DNA from: Mobula hypostoma
Taxonomy: Eukaryota
Direction of reading: 5' to 3'
Length of the DNA stretch: 64,000 nt
Assembly: GCF_963921235.1 (NCBI RefSeq)
Contig: NC_086097.1
Coordinates: 130,698,001-130,762,000, forward strand
The translations under genes were made by a program, and so were the position numbers. Of the stretch, positions 62,234-64,000 are shown piece after piece. A model generated the notes under the pieces. The model did not search any database. It saw only the letters and a list, made by a program, of their open reading frames with translations, and was not told the origin of the DNA. The stretch's first letter is position 1, and each line of letters opens with the position of its first letter.

Positions 62234-64000
62234 GAGACTTCCGGTAGCGCTCATGGAGTGAAGTCGCGTTCTTGACTCGCTCCATTACCTCTGAGTTTTT
62301 TTTCTCTATGGTCAGCTATACTTTAATTAACCATTAAGGCATCAACTCTTACAATACTTTGAATTAAACTGAATTCTCCGACAACTGGATGGAACTTAGA
62401 TCTGCTATGTCTAAGAACGAGAAAGACGGCAAGGATGGTAAACCTCCGGTTAAACCGAAAGCTACGGATCTCCCCCCGACTGAATCACCGGTGACTTTGA
62501 AAGCCATAGCGGAGTTAATTCAGAGGGAAATTTCAACCTCTGTTAGGGAGATGATTCGTACGGAAATTGCAGGCCCTGTTAAAGACCTGATTCATACGGA
62601 AATCTCAACTAATTTCCAGAAAATTGCCGGTTTAATTGATAAGATGCAAACATGTATTGCGGAACATCAGTCGGCTATATCTGATCTTCAAAAATTCGCG
62701 CAACAAAGTGAGCTTAAGATGGGGAAAATCGAAGAAACAATTAATGTAATGAAGAAGAAACTTGACTTTTTGACTTTTAAAAACTCTGACTTGGAATCTA
62801 GAATGCGACGGCAGAATTTACGAATGATTGGCGTGAGGGAAGCCGCTGAAGGTAACAACCCCATGAAATATTTCTCCCAACTTTTAAAAGATGCATTCCC
62901 TACTGTATTTCCTGACCAACCACCGCTACTGGATCGTGTTCACAGAATCCCATCATACTCGTCTAGGTCAGATAGACCTAGGCATGTTATTTTACGTTTT
63001 CATTACTTTCAAGACAAGGAGAGACTGTTTCGATTCGCTCGATCTAAAGGTTTCATTGATTTTTCGGATCTTAAGTTCCGATTCGTGGAAGATTTCAGTA
63101 AACCAATCTGGGACCAACGGGTCCGTTACAGATCCGTGATGTCGGAATTCTATAAGAGGGATTTAAGACCAGCGCTGCTGTACCCTGCACGTCTAAGGAT
63201 TCGCATGTCAGATGGAGCCCTTCGTTTTTTTGATTCTCCATCGGATGCCCAGAGTTATCTGGATCAACTGTCATCTCCAACATCTTAATTGCTTTCTTTT
63301 TAATTTTCTCCGTCGATCGGAGGCTGTGAATTGGTTGGTTTTAACTTTTCTGTGCCCTATTTGGGCAGAAAAGTTTACTTTCGATTTCTTAATATGGCTA
63401 CTAAACTTTCTTTTTAACTGCGTCATTTCTTTCTTTTCCCAGGGGATTCTGGGTGGTTACTTCCCTTTTGTCATCTTACGTATTTCCTGTGCGGCCTTAA
63501 ATTTTGTAGTTTTTGTTTAAATTTTATTCTGTTTTGCTTTTTATAATCACTTTATGTTAATAATCCTATTTTTTTTGTTGCTGTGTCTATTCATGAGTTT
63601 GAGGTTTATTGTGGTTTTTTTTAATATATATTTTCCGGCTTTTGTTCTGTTCTGTGTGTATTCTAATTGAGCTAACTTTTTTTTTACTTATTTTTTTACT
63701 GTTTTACAATTAGCTGATCCTTTTCATATTTATACCTTTTTTTTAGGGAGCGTATACCGGAAGTCATGGGGGTAGTTTTAGCGCTTGCTTCTTTCTGGCG
63801 GGTCTGCTTTAGATTTTGCCTTGGGGTCTTGGGTTGGGGGGTGGCGGGAGGGGCTTCACGTTTTAGTTTGTTTTTCTTTGGGCTATATACATTATTGAAG
63901 TACTGGTTGCGTCCTTTTCCCCGGTATCTTTTGTATGTTCTGTTCCCTCTCCGGGTTTGTGAGTCGCGCCTATTGTCAATCCTCCCTGTTGTGGGTTGAC
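62234..64000 (+). mobile_element. L1-clade LINE 5' portion (5'UTR, ORF1, T-rich inter-ORF spacer), running off the window end
   Basis: Starts at gagacttccggt immediately after CR1 homology stops; intact ORF1 follows. Confidence 0.88.
62389..63288 (+). CDS. L1 ORF1p (coiled coil-RRM-CTD, Transposase_22-like), 299 aa
   Basis: Coiled coil, then DLESRMRRQNLRMIGV, DRVHR, PRHVILRF, FVEDFS and LLYPARLRI motifs; no stops. Confidence 0.9.
   Translation: MELRSAMSKNEKDGKDGKPPVKPKATDLPPTESPVTLKAIAELIQREISTSVREMIRTEIAGPVKDLIHTEISTNFQKIAGLIDKMQTCIAEHQSAISDLQKFAQQSELKMGKIEETINVMKKKLDFLTFKNSDLESRMRRQNLRMIGVREAAEGNNPMKYFSQLLKDAFPTVFPDQPPLLDRVHRIPSYSSRSDRPRHVILRFHYFQDKERLFRFARSKGFIDFSDLKFRFVEDFSKPIWDQRVRYRSVMSEFYKRDLRPALLYPARLRIRMSDGALRFFDSPSDAQSYLDQLSSPTS

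Noticed and set aside
61697..62275. 192-aa ORF as a host gene
   Set aside because: It is a CR1 endonuclease fragment reading into the L1 5'UTR.

Overview
Eukaryotic vertebrate genomic DNA. The repeat content (HE1/V-SINE-like SINEs, CR1, Rex1/Babar, Penelope-like elements) suggests a cartilaginous fish, probably a ray; this is inference. The one host gene is the 3' part of ATP9B (P4-ATPase lipid flippase) on the minus strand: 11 GT-AG coding exons from 55794 down to the stop at 18450 (1299 nt, 432 aa, all phases consistent), then a ~1.9 kb 3'UTR ending near a polyA signal at 16576-16581. The rest is intron or intergenic DNA dense in transposons. The most notable are (i) a Neptune-type Penelope-like retroelement and its derivatives, which carry minimal hammerhead-ribozyme motifs and repeatedly form fold-back palindromes; (ii) a Sleeping Beauty-like Tc1 element built from two right ends; (iii) a two-copy non-coding RTE-like element with a candidate HDV-like ribozyme fold; (iv) a multi-TIR mariner MITE; (v) two solo LTRs with the same TAAG target duplication; and (vi) an L1 with intact ORF1 nested in a CR1. 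There are no prokaryotic systems or CRISPR arrays, and most short ORFs in the track are spurious. All homology calls come from recall, not from database searches.
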